DNA of 64,000 nucleotides from Octopus vulgaris (taxonomy: Eukaryota), in contig OX597827.1 of NCBI GenBank assembly GCA_951406725.2, positions 58,342,001-58,406,000 on the forward strand, read 5' to 3'. Below, one piece after another: positions 1 through 12,800 of this stretch. The stretch's first letter is position 1; each line of letters begins with the position of its first letter. The notes beneath the pieces were generated by a model. It had not been told where the DNA came from. It searched no databases and was given only the letters and a program-made list of their open reading frames with translations. The translations under genes were made by a program, and so were the position numbers.

Positions 1-70
1 TATAGCCTTGTCCCAACAAAAGCCTTGTGAGTGGATTGGGTAGGTGGAAACTGAAAGAAGCCCCTTGTGA

Positions 71-113
<43 letters not shown>

Positions 114-3064
114 CACACAGACACAGGAATGCACATATACTCCACAGACACAACCTCACACATATACTTCAAACTGCCAGTCAAACACCTTTGTACTGAC
201 CATTCCCCTATGGACATGTAAAGAAACACACTACACAAAAGACAGCCACTCCTACTGCCAAATTCTTCCTACAACAGTAAGTTCACTCACACATACACAT
301 ATAAACAGCCAAAACCAAACATATGCGCACACATACACACGCATACCTCCTTCTCTTACACTCTCCTGTCTTAGCACTTTTTCTTCACCCATTCCCTTCC
401 GGTCATTTCAAAATGTAACCACATGTGAATCATTGGCGATTTTCTTCCTCCGTCTTCCCTTCTATTGGACTTCCCTCTATTTCCGAAGAAGAGCATCTGC
501 TTGAAACATTAAACCATCTTTCTTTCCTTTCCTGAGCGTCTGCTAATACATTACATGTACTATGTCCTCGTGTTGTTGGGGTTTTTTTTTTGTTCTTTTT
601 GGATTTACTACACACACACGTGTTTGTGACGCCCCCGCCACTGCTTGACAACCAATGTTAGTATGTTTACGTTCTCATAACTTAGCAGTTTTCCAAAAGA
701 CACCAATAGAATAAGTACTCAGCTTACAAAGTTCTGGGGTCGATTTCTTTGACTAAAACTCTATGAGGCAGTGCTCCAGCATGGCCACAGTCAAGCAACT
801 GAAACAAGTAAAAGAATAAATAGGGAAGATAATTACTACTTTATTATTCAATTAAATAGGCAGTCAGTTAAAAATGTTTAACACACTTTCTTATTTTGAG
901 TTGAGAATACTTTGACCCTTTGCCTGTTGTAAACGTCTGTCCTTGTTTTTCAGACTTTTAGTTAGCCCTTTGTTTCATACATTCTGAGTAATACAGTGCT
1001 TTCCTTTCATAAGTTCCAAGTTAACTCTACTGGTCAAAATATATTGAGAATGTGTATCATATACAATGCATGAATGCCAGCGATATATATAATGTCCACT
1101 GTATCACATACGATGAACAGGATAGGTAAAGGATGAATTTATCATATATTGATTGATATCAGAATTCATCTTCCTAGTCTAAACTCTCTCTCCCCCTCTC
1201 TCTCATTCTCATTCTCATTCACACATAAACTCAATTGGTACAGCTTAAAATACAGCAATCTTTCTTTTGTGGAGAGACACTGATTTCGAAAAATAAACTT
1301 TTGACGTAAGAATTGGAGCACAATAAGTTATGCAGAGTTCATCATAATTAGCATAATTTTAACATTGAATTTTTTATATATATTTTATAATCTATCATTA
1401 TTAATTGTCACATCAACAAAATCAATCAACCACTCTTTCTCCAACAACCTTATAGTTTGTCACAGAAAACCAATTATCGATTTAACTATATTTCCAATAT
1501 CGGCTAATAATCAACTCTTCTATATTTCTCCATGCACACACAAACTTACATATAACTATGGTTGATAAATCCAAGATGGGAATATGAAATTATTCAAATC
1601 TTCAAATATTCGTTTGTATCAACCTGAGTGTGCGGGGAGGAGGTATTAATCCTCTATGTGGCTTATTACACTCAAGACTAACATATCTTCTCGCTTGAAG
1701 AAGAGACCCATTATGTGATTATTGTGTATGGTGGATTGGATCACTCTGTGTTGTTATAGAAAATGTTAAGCTTGGCAATTTAGGAGTGTGATGGTTTTAG
1801 CTAGCCCCTTTATAGTTTAATATTCTGAGATAGACACTATCTGCATTTTGATGAAATATAACTTCATTGCAGAGAGTTTGTAGGGTGAATCTTGTGCATA
1901 AAATGTGAGGTTGGGGTGTAAAAATGTGTATGGCAGGGGTTGAATATAGCTATGAGTCTGTCTGCCTTTCATGTACAGAAATAAATGGGTCATATACTGT
2001 GAATGGAGAGGATCTACAACAATTGTAAAATGAGTTGAATGTGATTCATTGTACATGTAAAGTCAACTGTGAAGGGAAGTGAAGCGAGTTTTAAGTTTCT
2101 GAACATCAAAGATAACGGCCAATATGTGTAGGGGAGACGACTAAGTTGGTATAGAGACGTAACAGGCAAATTGATTTCAGAATATTTATAACCTATAGGT
2201 GGGAAGTTGCTATTTTAATAAACAACACGCCAGTCCGAAGCTGCTTTAAAAAAAAAATATTATGTTATGGTGATGATATTGAAGAAAATTATTGCAGTAA
2301 TATATTTTTCATGATTTCTTCTTTTCACATTGCAAAGAAGGTTATTACACTCCTCTAACGAATATTTCTGTTAGTGTTGTAGTGAAAACACGAAGTGTAG
2401 TCAGTGAATTTTGCATATCAAGCATGTAGCAGTCTTAAACATAAAATACAATCAGAATTACATTAGATAAAATCACTGCTATTAAGTTTTCTATAAAAAT
2501 ATATAAAGCTTGTCTCTCTTAATTAAAAATCAGAAACGTCAGAAGCATACTAAAATCTACAACCCTTTTTTTTTTTTAAACTAAAGGAGTTGCCTCCCTG
2601 AATAAACTACTTTCATGTTTTAGAAATCAATATAATTGATTATTTTTTGAACTGTTAGTCACAATGTCTTTATTTTTGCAGCCTTTTCTTTTCATAGATG
2701 CTGATTTTCTATTTCCACGAGCAAGTCTGATTTTTAGATGCTATTTACTTAATCATTTACAACAATAATAATAGATTCTAGTGTTTTTAATTACATTACG
2801 ACCATACAGACGTTAAAAGACTTCAAGCTCTTAAAGACTTATTTCACCCTTTCAGTTTTCACAAGTTATCACGGAAACATAAAATAACATTAGATCTTAA
2901 TCTATAGTAACTTTAGTACAGCTTTAGTGAATAACAGCTGTGCCACTTTTTATCCAGTATATAAAATAAATACTTTTGATCTCAGTCTATCACTTTCAGA
3001 AGTTCTAAAGACCTGTATCTGAAATATTCATATTTCATTCAACAGTTTTCGTGTCTGTCGTATA

Positions 3065-3270
3065 AGGTGGCGAGCTGGCAGAAACGTTAGCACACCGGGC
3101 GAAATGCTTTGCTATATTTCGTCTGCTATTAGGTTCTGGGTTCAAATTCCGCCGACTTTGCCTTTTTTCTTTTTTCGGGGTCGATAAATTAAGTACCAGT
3201 TACGCACTAGGGTCGATGTAATCCACTTAATCCGTTTGTCTGTCTTTGTTCGTACCCTCTATGGGTAGTA
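3065..3270 (+). mobile_element. tRNA-derived SINE family A (Meta-domain-like core)
   Basis: ggcgagctggcagaaacgttagcac..gttcaaattccgcc (A/B-box-like) plus gactttgcc..ggggtcgataaa..agtaccag core; many copies in the window. Confidence 0.8.
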
Positions 3271-3327
3271 AAGAAATACGTATAAGGTGGTTCAAAAGTC
3301 ACGCACCAAAACATTTGACTAGTTTAT

Positions 3328-3605
3328 AATAATAATAATAATAATGAAATTATTGTATACAGTGCTCAGGTGCACCGCAACTTATGAAAAGTGCGTATAA
3401 AGCATATGCAATAATGAACAGTGTATGAGTCAGATACCTGCTTGTGTGTGTATGGAGGGGAGAATCTCAGGAAGCATGGAAGTTTTGAAGGATGCAGTGC
3501 TCCGACAACTAACAACTGATGCCGGCAGTTTGTTCCATACTTCAGCAACTCTTAGTGTGAAAAAATGTTTCTGAAAGTCATGGGAGCTGTGCTGTTTTCT
3601 GACTT
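3328..3605 (-). mobile_element. CR1-like LINE 3' end
   Basis: Minus frame HDFQKHFFTLRVAEVWNKLPASVVSCRSTASFK followed by a 3' UTR and an (ATT)n tail. Confidence 0.75.
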
Positions 3606-3625
3606 TGTAAACATATTATTATTAA

Positions 3626-4010
3626 GACGGCAAGCTTGGAGAACCGTTGCTCTTTAAGTTCTGAGTTCAAATGCTGTCAGTGTCGACTTCGCTTTTCATC
3701 CTTTACGGGGTCGATAAAATAGGTACCAGTTATGCACTGGGGTCGATGTAATCGACTTAACCCCTGCCCTAAAATTATTGTCGATGTGCCAAAATTTGAA
3801 ACTATTATTATTATGAAGGCGGCGAGCTGGCAGAATCGTTATCGGCATTTCGTCCGTCTTTGTATTTTAAGTTCAGATTCCACCTAGGTCAACTTTGCCT
3901 TTCATCCTTTCAGGGTCGATAAAGTAAGTACCAGTTGAGCATTGGAAAATTGATGTAATCGACTTAGCCTTTCCCCCTGAATAGCTGGTCTCGTGCTAAA
4001 ATTTGAAGCC
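3626..4010 (+). mobile_element. Two tandem SINE family A copies
   Basis: Same head and core as 3065-3270, separated by (att)n tails; another copy at 4396-4600. Confidence 0.75.
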
Positions 4011-4013
4011 ATT

Positions 4014-4368
4014 ATTACCTTCGCATTAGAGGTATTGTTTTCAGTCTCATTTGTTTGTTTGTCCGTGGACAAGATATCTCAAGAACCGCTGGATGGGTTC
4101 GGATGAAACTTTCAGGGATGTTTGGCCTCATGACTAACACGAACTGATTAGATTTTTGGATCGATCCGGACAAGGATTGTGGATTATTATTATTATTATT
4201 ATTGTACTTAATTTTTGAGAGCGGTCGGGTTCATTTTTAGTATTCTCGTTTGTGAGAGCTGTCGTGTTCGTTTTTGATATTCTCATTTAAAAAACCATCT
4301 CCGGTTAATCGTTGGGAGGATGTTGGTGTTGCTTTGGCGGAGGTTTCCACTCTCTGAGTACTCTTGTT
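4014..4368 (+). mobile_element. Helentron-associated (DINE/HINE-like) non-autonomous element
   Basis: Subterminal inverted motifs accttcgca.. / ttggcggaggt, internal (gttt)n, 3' hairpin actctctgagt. Confidence 0.5.
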
Positions 4369-7300
4369 AACATTATAATAATGGTGATAATTATAAGGTG
4401 GTGAGCTAACACGATGGACGAAAAGCTTAGCGTTATTTCGCCCGTCCCTACGTTCTGAGTTCAAATTCCACTGGGGTTCACTTTGCCTTTCATCTTTTCG
4501 GGGTCATTAAAATAAGTACCAGTTAAGTGGGGGGTCGATGTAATTGACTCAACCCCTCTCCAAAAATTGTTGCCCTTGTGGCAAAATTTTGAAACCATTA
4601 TTATTATTATTCATTTTGTTCACCATGTACATATCGTGTATTCATCATTATTTCATGCGTGACTTTTGGCCCACTCTGTATTCACTGAGCTTTGGGTTCC
4701 ATTCTAGACAAATCCCTTTCTTATCATTACTAATTAGCAATTCATTCTATTATGTAATTATTGTCACAAGATTTGTCATTTAGTTTCATTGGACGTCAAT
4801 GCAATTCATGATACTCAGATTTAGTTTCGAGTTACTTGGCAATTATTATAGTCAGTACTTTCAACACACTGAATTAATTAGCCTATAGTGAATGCTTGGA
4901 ATGCTACAACACGAACTGTGCATCCACTAATTGCAGTGTTGCATTCTTGTTTGCTCATTTCCAAAATATTGTTGTTATCTTGATTATGCATATTGCAAAA
5001 TGGTAAGACTATGTAAATTGCCTGTGTTTTGATTGTTTCTAGAGTTAATATTGAAACTGTTTGAAACACTTCTAAGGGGAAATAACTGTTGTGTTTTGGG
5101 TGTAAGTTGTGGATAAAATATTCAACAGATGATGCTATCACGATAGGGAACACCCAAATAATAACTTCCCCATTTCAATGTGATTGTCTTAACAAGTGTG
5201 TTAGACTAAGAGAATGTGAAAGGAATGAACTTCTTAGGTGATAGTCTCTTAACTGTTAGCTTTTAGTACTATATAGACAAAAACAATCACTTATGTTTAA
5301 CACCGAAGTAGATAAGTTGGTTGATGTTAGTCATTTCTCTGTGAAGACATCTGCAGCATCTAGAAGTCCCTCTCTCTTAACCCATTTGGGACCAGGGAAA
5401 TATCAAATTATAGTTAAATGTCTATTACAGCAACAAAACTTACTATATATACGAATAAAAAGGCTATCACCACACACACACACACACATATATACACATT
5501 TTCTTTTCGTATTTCATTGGTAAGTATTGAATATTTTATTATGGCTATCATTATGTAATTATTACATGTAATTTGATTATTTTAAATTCCATAATTTACA
5601 AAAAGAAAAAAAAAAAGAAAAAACATATTTAATCTGCAATGAAAGTTGTTAAAAGGCTCAATTTCCTGGCTGCCTTAATTTCTTATCAACTATCAATGAT
5701 TCTGTTTTAAATTGAAATGATGTTTTGATGACTCCTCCTTGCATTTGCTTGTTTTCTCTTCATGTTTTGTTTTTCTATATCACAATTTATATATATATAT
5801 ATTTTTTTTTTATGATGCCAAAATGGTATCTGATCTTCAATTATTATTTTTTTTATTTTCCGCTATTGTAACATGAAAGTATATTGTTTTATACTGTAAT
5901 TTTTTTTTAAAATTTTCATATCTTGTTATTCTAAAAAAAAAGAAAAATTATTTTAAATGTTTTTCTTTCATCAAATCCCATCACAGTGTTGACTGAATTT
6001 TTTTTTTTTTTTTGAAAAATTTATATATTTTTTTAATATTATATTGGCGTATTTTTCAACTTTTATATTTTGAGTTTTTCATTTTTTCAATTTATATATT
6101 TTTTTATAAACATTATGATTAAAAATGAAAATAAGAGCATATAAATCTCTGATTTTTTTTTTAACCTCCCACTTATATTTCCCAAATTGTTTCAATAGTC
6201 AACTTAAACCCACAACATTGTTGCAACAACATACCCCTTGTACTTAGAGTGGGGCCCATCATTTCACAACATTTTTTCCAGTTATCCCCAGTTTTATAAG
6301 GTGTCATTTCATCCTAAATCTATATTGTTAGGAGTTTCCTTTTTTTCTAACAAAACATTTGGTAGGGTATGCTTTTGGTTTCTTTGGAAGATGTAAGCAG
6401 AATGCTGGGTTGTTCACATATTTTCAAGATTGTTTGGGTTGTAAATGGAGTAAAATAATTTCTAAAAGAGGGGGGGAAAAAAAAGTCAAATTGCAGCTTT
6501 GTTATACTGGGAGTTACTGCTATTCTCTGTGACTAAGTAGAAAATTTATTTTTAAACTATATATATATTGCGTTTGTAAATTAGGTGTGAGTCAACTACA
6601 GTGTATTGTTAGTGCATCATTTATCAACTATATCAACCCTTACATTATGATGTATTGAATATGAATGACTCAGGTGATTTGAACTCAGAATCATAAGTGC
6701 ATATTTCTTTTTAAACACTAACATCTAATGTTAAGAGAGCGTGTGTTTGTGATTAATAATTGGATACCTGATTCCATTTCCTTTTTTTTTTTTTTATATC
6801 AAACTTAGATACTGGGGAAATTCCAACTTCATTGAATTAAAAGGCCCTTGTTTCTTTGAAGGGTTTTACATTTGTAGACATTGGGGTGATGCTGGGTCAA
6901 GATTAGGAAACTCACAACAAAGTGCGTATAACTCTGAACAAATCTATTGCTTTTACATAGGAAAAAGACTTGTTTATAAAATAGTTTAGCAACAAAAGGC
7001 TAATACTTTTCGTGTATTTGTGATTTTCACATTTTCAAGTTTCCAACCAAATAAAATAAAAAAGATATTTTTAATGACTGCAGTAATCTGATTTTCTGCC
7101 AAAAATTAATTGAATAGCACTGTATATGTGTGTATCACACAATTTAAGCTTGTCAGCTGACAATAACCTGTTCTGTGGTAAATAATATGCAAAGTCTACA
7201 ATTACAGTCATTGGGTTAAACTGGTTCAAACTCTGGAGGTGGAGCGGTTTCTGTTTTAACAACAACATATTGCACTCCATATTGTGCTTGATGCAAGGCA

Positions 7301-8229
7301 CTTTATGAAAATGCAATGTTACTGCTATCGAGATTCCTCTATGTCCAAACAAGATTGAATGACAATATCTATATCCAGTATGCTAGACCCACTAAATAGT
7401 CTAATATCCTGTATTACATTGTATTTCTTCAAACAAATATATGAACTGTTGTTTAACAGGTCAGCCCTGATCAAAGGTGTTCTAGATATCACTCTCCTAC
7501 CATTTTTAGATATCATTTATTTCAAATTGCATCCCGTTATCAGATACGCTACATACTCTTTTTTTTTTTTTTATTGTAAAGTAGGGTGTGATTTGAGGAG
7601 GAATTAGTTATTACTTCCAACAGTTATCGGATATTCCATGAAAATAACTAATTAGAGTCGATTTAAGTTGTTTAACAACATAATACCTCCAGTTGAGTTA
7701 GAACATGTGACTGGGGATGAATTTTATCTTCCGTTACACCTCACCCTCTATACTCTGTGTGTGGAGCTCTGCATGATTATCATGTTGTCAGATGGATAAT
7801 TTAATATGACACCTTAATCTTGCTTCTTTGTTAACAGAATGCAGTAAGTTATTACTGTTTATTTTTTTAATCTTTGTAGGGCTTTTGATAACAGTTTGTA
7901 CACTGATATTTGGCTTCTGGTTTGAATCTTTTTGTACTCATTCACACCTGATGTACAAGATATCGCTAGTTACTGTGTGTTTTTAGAGGTAACAATAAAA
8001 ACACACAAAAGTAGCTGTGTCTGTAGCCTATATCATGTGCATCTTACTATTATAAAACTGTAAATAGAAAATTATAAATAGAACGGAGAAGACTCCATAG
8101 TATCAAATTCAAGGCTAAATTCGAGAGGAAATTTTTTGTCTGTCGGCATTTTCTTTTTGATTCCTTTTAATTTTAGCTTATAATTGGCAAATTATGGGGG
8201 TAGTTTAAATGGTTGCACTATTTGGTTAT

Positions 8230-9800
8230 GTCCCTTTAGATTTTAACTTCTAATACCATTGAGATCAAGTCTACTTTTTCACCCTTCAGAGGTTGATAAA
8301 ATAAATTACCAGTCAAGTACAGGGGTTGGTTTAATTTTGCAGGAGAGGAGATTGGTTAATTAATCTCTTCCAACAAACTTTTGGCTTCGTGCGTCAATGT
8401 GACACCAGTATTAGGGCAGTTAAGTGTTAGACAAAATGTTTGACACTATTTGTTCCATTCCATTACATCCTCAGTTCAAATTCCACTGAGGTCACTTTTG
8501 ACTTTTGTCTTTCTGAGGTCAATAAAATAGATACCAGTTGGACACTGGTGTTGATATAATTCACTAGCACCAGCCTCCCAAATTTCAGGCCTTGCGCTTA
8601 GAAAGGATTATTATTATTATTAAGGTGGCAAGTTGGCAGAATTGTTAGCTAGCTGGATAGAATGGTTAGTGGCATTTTGGATCAAATTCCACTGAGGTTG
8701 ACTTTGCCTCTCATCTTTTCAGGATCGATAAAATAAGTACCAGTTTAGTATGGGGGTCGATGTAATTTCAGGATTTGTGCCCTTAGTAGAAAGGATTATT
8801 ATTATTTTTCATTGAAGTATCACTGTCAATTTAATCAATTAATCATGCCTTCCACCTCAACTCCAATTTTTGGTTGATGAAAGAAATCATTATTACTGTT
8901 TTGATAGTGATTTGGCAGAAATATTAGTGTCATATAACAATTTGTTAATATGATTTGTTTTGGGCTCATGCCCAAACTTCTTTCCAACATTTATAAAACC
9001 AGTTTTGGCTATTTCTTAGGGTATCATTTATTATTCATCTCTTTTAAATTTAGCCTTGTATCTAATCAAAAGCGATATGTTTTGAAATCAAATCCTGCCT
9101 AGGTCAGCTTTGCTTTTCACCCCAACACCCAGGCTTGATAAAATAAAGTATCAGTTAAGTTTTTATGTCAGTATAATTAGCTATTTCCTCACCACCCCAC
9201 CCCGATTTAGGATTAGGATCAATGGATTTACTTAACCCCACCTCCTCAAAATTGCTGGGGTTTGATGGTATCAACCCACTCCTCTAAATATTACTGACAT
9301 CGTGCCTAAATCAGAAACCAAGGTAGCAGACCTTCAGAATTGTTTGTGTGTTGGTCAAAATTCTTAGCGACACTTCTTCCAGCTCTTTACGTTTGAGTTC
9401 AAATTCCGCCTAGGTTGACTTTACTTTTTATCCTTCAGGGGTCGATAAAATCTGCTATCTCCTTCCCGCCAAATTTCTGGCTTTGTGCCTAATTCGATAA
9501 TCAGAAACCATCCTTTGACTTTCTGACTTTACATCTCTCTGGAGCCAATTTTGTCTTTCGTTCCTTTCCACATATATTAAATGGTTATGCTCAGGATTCA
9601 GTTTTTACTGACTCTATTTCAGCTTTAGATATTTGCCTTTATATTTACATTATATTAGTTGAGTCTTTACTTTCTGAGTTTAAATCTTGCTGAAATCTTT
9701 TGATCCTTGTGGATGAAATAAAGTACTAATGGAATCCGGTGTCGATTTAATTACCAAACACTCTCCTTCTCTCTAAATTTGTGGCTATGTGTCTTTGTTA
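8230..9800 (+). mobile_element. Cluster of degenerate head-to-tail SINE family A copies
   Basis: Repeated gttcaaattcc..gactttgcc..gtcgataaaataagtaccag segments. Confidence 0.65.
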
Positions 9801-12800
9801 GAAATTGCAGAGCTTCGAACTTAGAATAAATGTGTTTTAGCATTTAGCACCGTCTCTACAATTTCTTCTCGAATCCCTGACTTTATCTAAGGACTGATTA
9901 TTGCATCAATGGATCCTACATACTAAAAATCGTTAAAAACACACACACAATTCAGTTCTTTAGTTGCACAACAGGGTTATTGACACTAGCAGAACAAAAT
10001 AAGTAGAAAATTATTCAAATTCCGCTCCCTCTCCCTACCATAATTGGACCGTTAATAACACTGGTTGGTTCAATGCAAATTGCTGACCCCTCGGCCAGTC
10101 GTGCTTTCCAACTGCCCGTTTGCATACCCATCCAGATACTTTCTTTACAAGGCCACGCCAAATGAATGAAGATAATTGTAGCCTCAAGATGATGAACCAG
10201 CGATAGGTTTTGTTTATAACACACACGTGTATGCTTCTGGCAAAGGTTCATATACAAAGAACGATGGGAGCCTATATGCGATCGCTATACATCCATTCGC
10301 TAGAAATAGTAGCCAGATTTCCTTCAAATCACACCTCTTACCTGCTTAAAAATAGGGACGCATTCCATGAGACAGGTCTTCTCGATTAGGACCGACTTGG
10401 GACTTTAACAACAAATAGGTTTAAAATTAACTGATCTCGATTCCGAATGCTCTCTGCAGGAAAACACGAATGTATCAGAACCTCATTTCAAGCTTATTGT
10501 GTGGCTCTTGGTTAAAGTGTCTGCTAGGGTAGCTTCAGGGTTGATCCACGTGAAAATGGGTAGATGGAAACTTCGTGAAAGCCGGTCGGGTGGATACAAA
10601 GTTTGCTGCTTTGCACAGTCGCGTTGATTCAGTCCAAGAACTACGTTAATGGTATACGTATCTGTGGCAATACTCAGCCACGTACACGCTAATTCATTCG
10701 ATCGAACAACGGAATAGACATCGTGGGAACCAACGGAGATCCATTTACTGTAAACAGCGACTACATCTTTTACTTGTTCCTAATCATTGGACTGCAGCCT
10801 TGCTGGGGCACCACCTTGAAGGTTTTAATCGAATAAGATCTACCCCAGTACTTGTTTTTAAAGTCCATTATTCTATCGGTTACTTTTGCTGAACCGTTAA
10901 TTTACAGGGACACAAACAAGCCAACACCAATTGACAAGCGGTGGTGGTGGGGAGGGGACAAACACAACACAAGCACGTGCACATACGTATACGACGATTA
11001 CCAAATCTACACACAAGGCTTTGGCCGACTCGAGGCTGTAGTAGAATTACACTTGCCCAAGATGCGGCCCAGTAGGACTACATGGTTGGGAAGCAAGCTT
11101 CTTCCCTTTTACATCCACACCTGTGCGGATAAAATGTGTCTCTGGTTAGTCGTAGAGGTTTTAGATTTTCTCGTGGAAAAAGTTACGGTGATAGTTTAAA
11201 CACTTGAGAATCTGGAGATACGCAACGTTCTCCTATCCACGACCGTCCTGTCTTCATAGGACATATAGTACGACATTATGTAATATAGTTTCAGACATTG
11301 ATTTCAAAACTACATTATCCAGTTATGGACTTCTATTTTTTTTTAATTATATTTTTTATATGATCAGATGTGGTTTGACTGGAATTTGGTTGCTATTTCT
11401 AACAGAGCAGCGAACAACCACGTTGGTGGTAGAGATGCGACTTGACAACCTTTCATATCTCTCTAAAAATAAAGTGGTGGTAGGGTAGGGAAGAAACAAT
11501 GTAAAGATTATACTCCGTAGCTATATAAGAAACCATTATTGAATCTCTTCGAGCGAGCATTTTTTACTTTTCATAATAGAATCGGAAGTTGTCTGCGAAT
11601 CAAAACTGAACATTTTTAATATAAAGGCTGGCTTTATATACCAAAAGAGTCAGCCAGCCAGCCAGTCAGTCAGTCGTTTCCTCCCCGCCATCTGAAAAAT
11701 AGACTCGTCTATATTAGCGAGCTGTGAATTCTGGGTAAGATTTGTCATTGACCTCAATGTTTCATTTTTAGTATTGTGTGCCAAGCTTTTGAGTTTGCTG
11801 TTTTGTGCAACGTTAATTTGCATGGGCTCTTCATTAGCGCAACCACGAAATTTACTGGATTATAAATGCGGATTAATTCTTACCAAATAGGCGTAGAAAT
11901 CGTATTTACTTTGACTATGAACACCACCTCATTCATTGTTTAGCTGCTTTTTATTCTATCATATATACCATCAGTGTTATTATGAACTTTAATGGATTGG
12001 GATAAACGTTTGCAGCAGCAATGGCTCTCCTTATCTTAGCTGTTTAGTTTCTCAAGTTGGCTAAATATTTATTTATATATACATAAAAATATTCCAAATA
12101 TATATATACCTTATACGGCGGCTTTTACATACATACATACTTCTGAGTAGGATTATTTCACTCATTAATTCGGTAAGTAATTATTTTAACTGTTCAGAAA
12201 TAGATCAACCTACTTCCTTTATTATTTATTATTCCAGTATTATTATTATTATTATATGCATCTAATATGTTTGCGTGTGTGTATCGTTTTACAAAGCGAT
12301 GCTTTCAGTTTTTTGAAATGTCGGACATTTTTTTTTTTTTTTTTTTTTTATTTAGGGCCAATTGTTTTTTAACCTTGTGTCAAAAAACGCCTTCTCTTCG
12401 TCGTCTCTTACATAAATTATGATTATGAGCTTTTAAGTTTATAAGAGAGGAAAAAAAATTTCGGGATAATTTTTCTCAGGAAAAAAAAAAAAAAATTCAT
12501 AACTTTAAGTATTTAATTAAGTATTGATATTATATAAATTTATATCCCCCGACTGTTATCCATCCAAGCTTTGATTCTTCTTGGATGGGGTTTTAATTAG
12601 CATTGAATAAACAAGCCTGACTAATAATAATAATATATATATATATATATATATATACACGTACATACATAGACACATACGCGCGCGCGTATGTATGGGT
12701 CTAGCTGTGTTACTGAATATGGTGGCTATCGCCACTCCAACAAAAATGTAGGTCACTTAGGTATGCTTTAGCAGCTAACGACTGTCGTATGAATGTGTGT

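Noticed and set aside
12691-12760. ATG..TTAG|gtatgc as the first KDM3 coding exon
   Set aside because: It ends in phase 1, which does not match the phase-2 acceptor at 15686.
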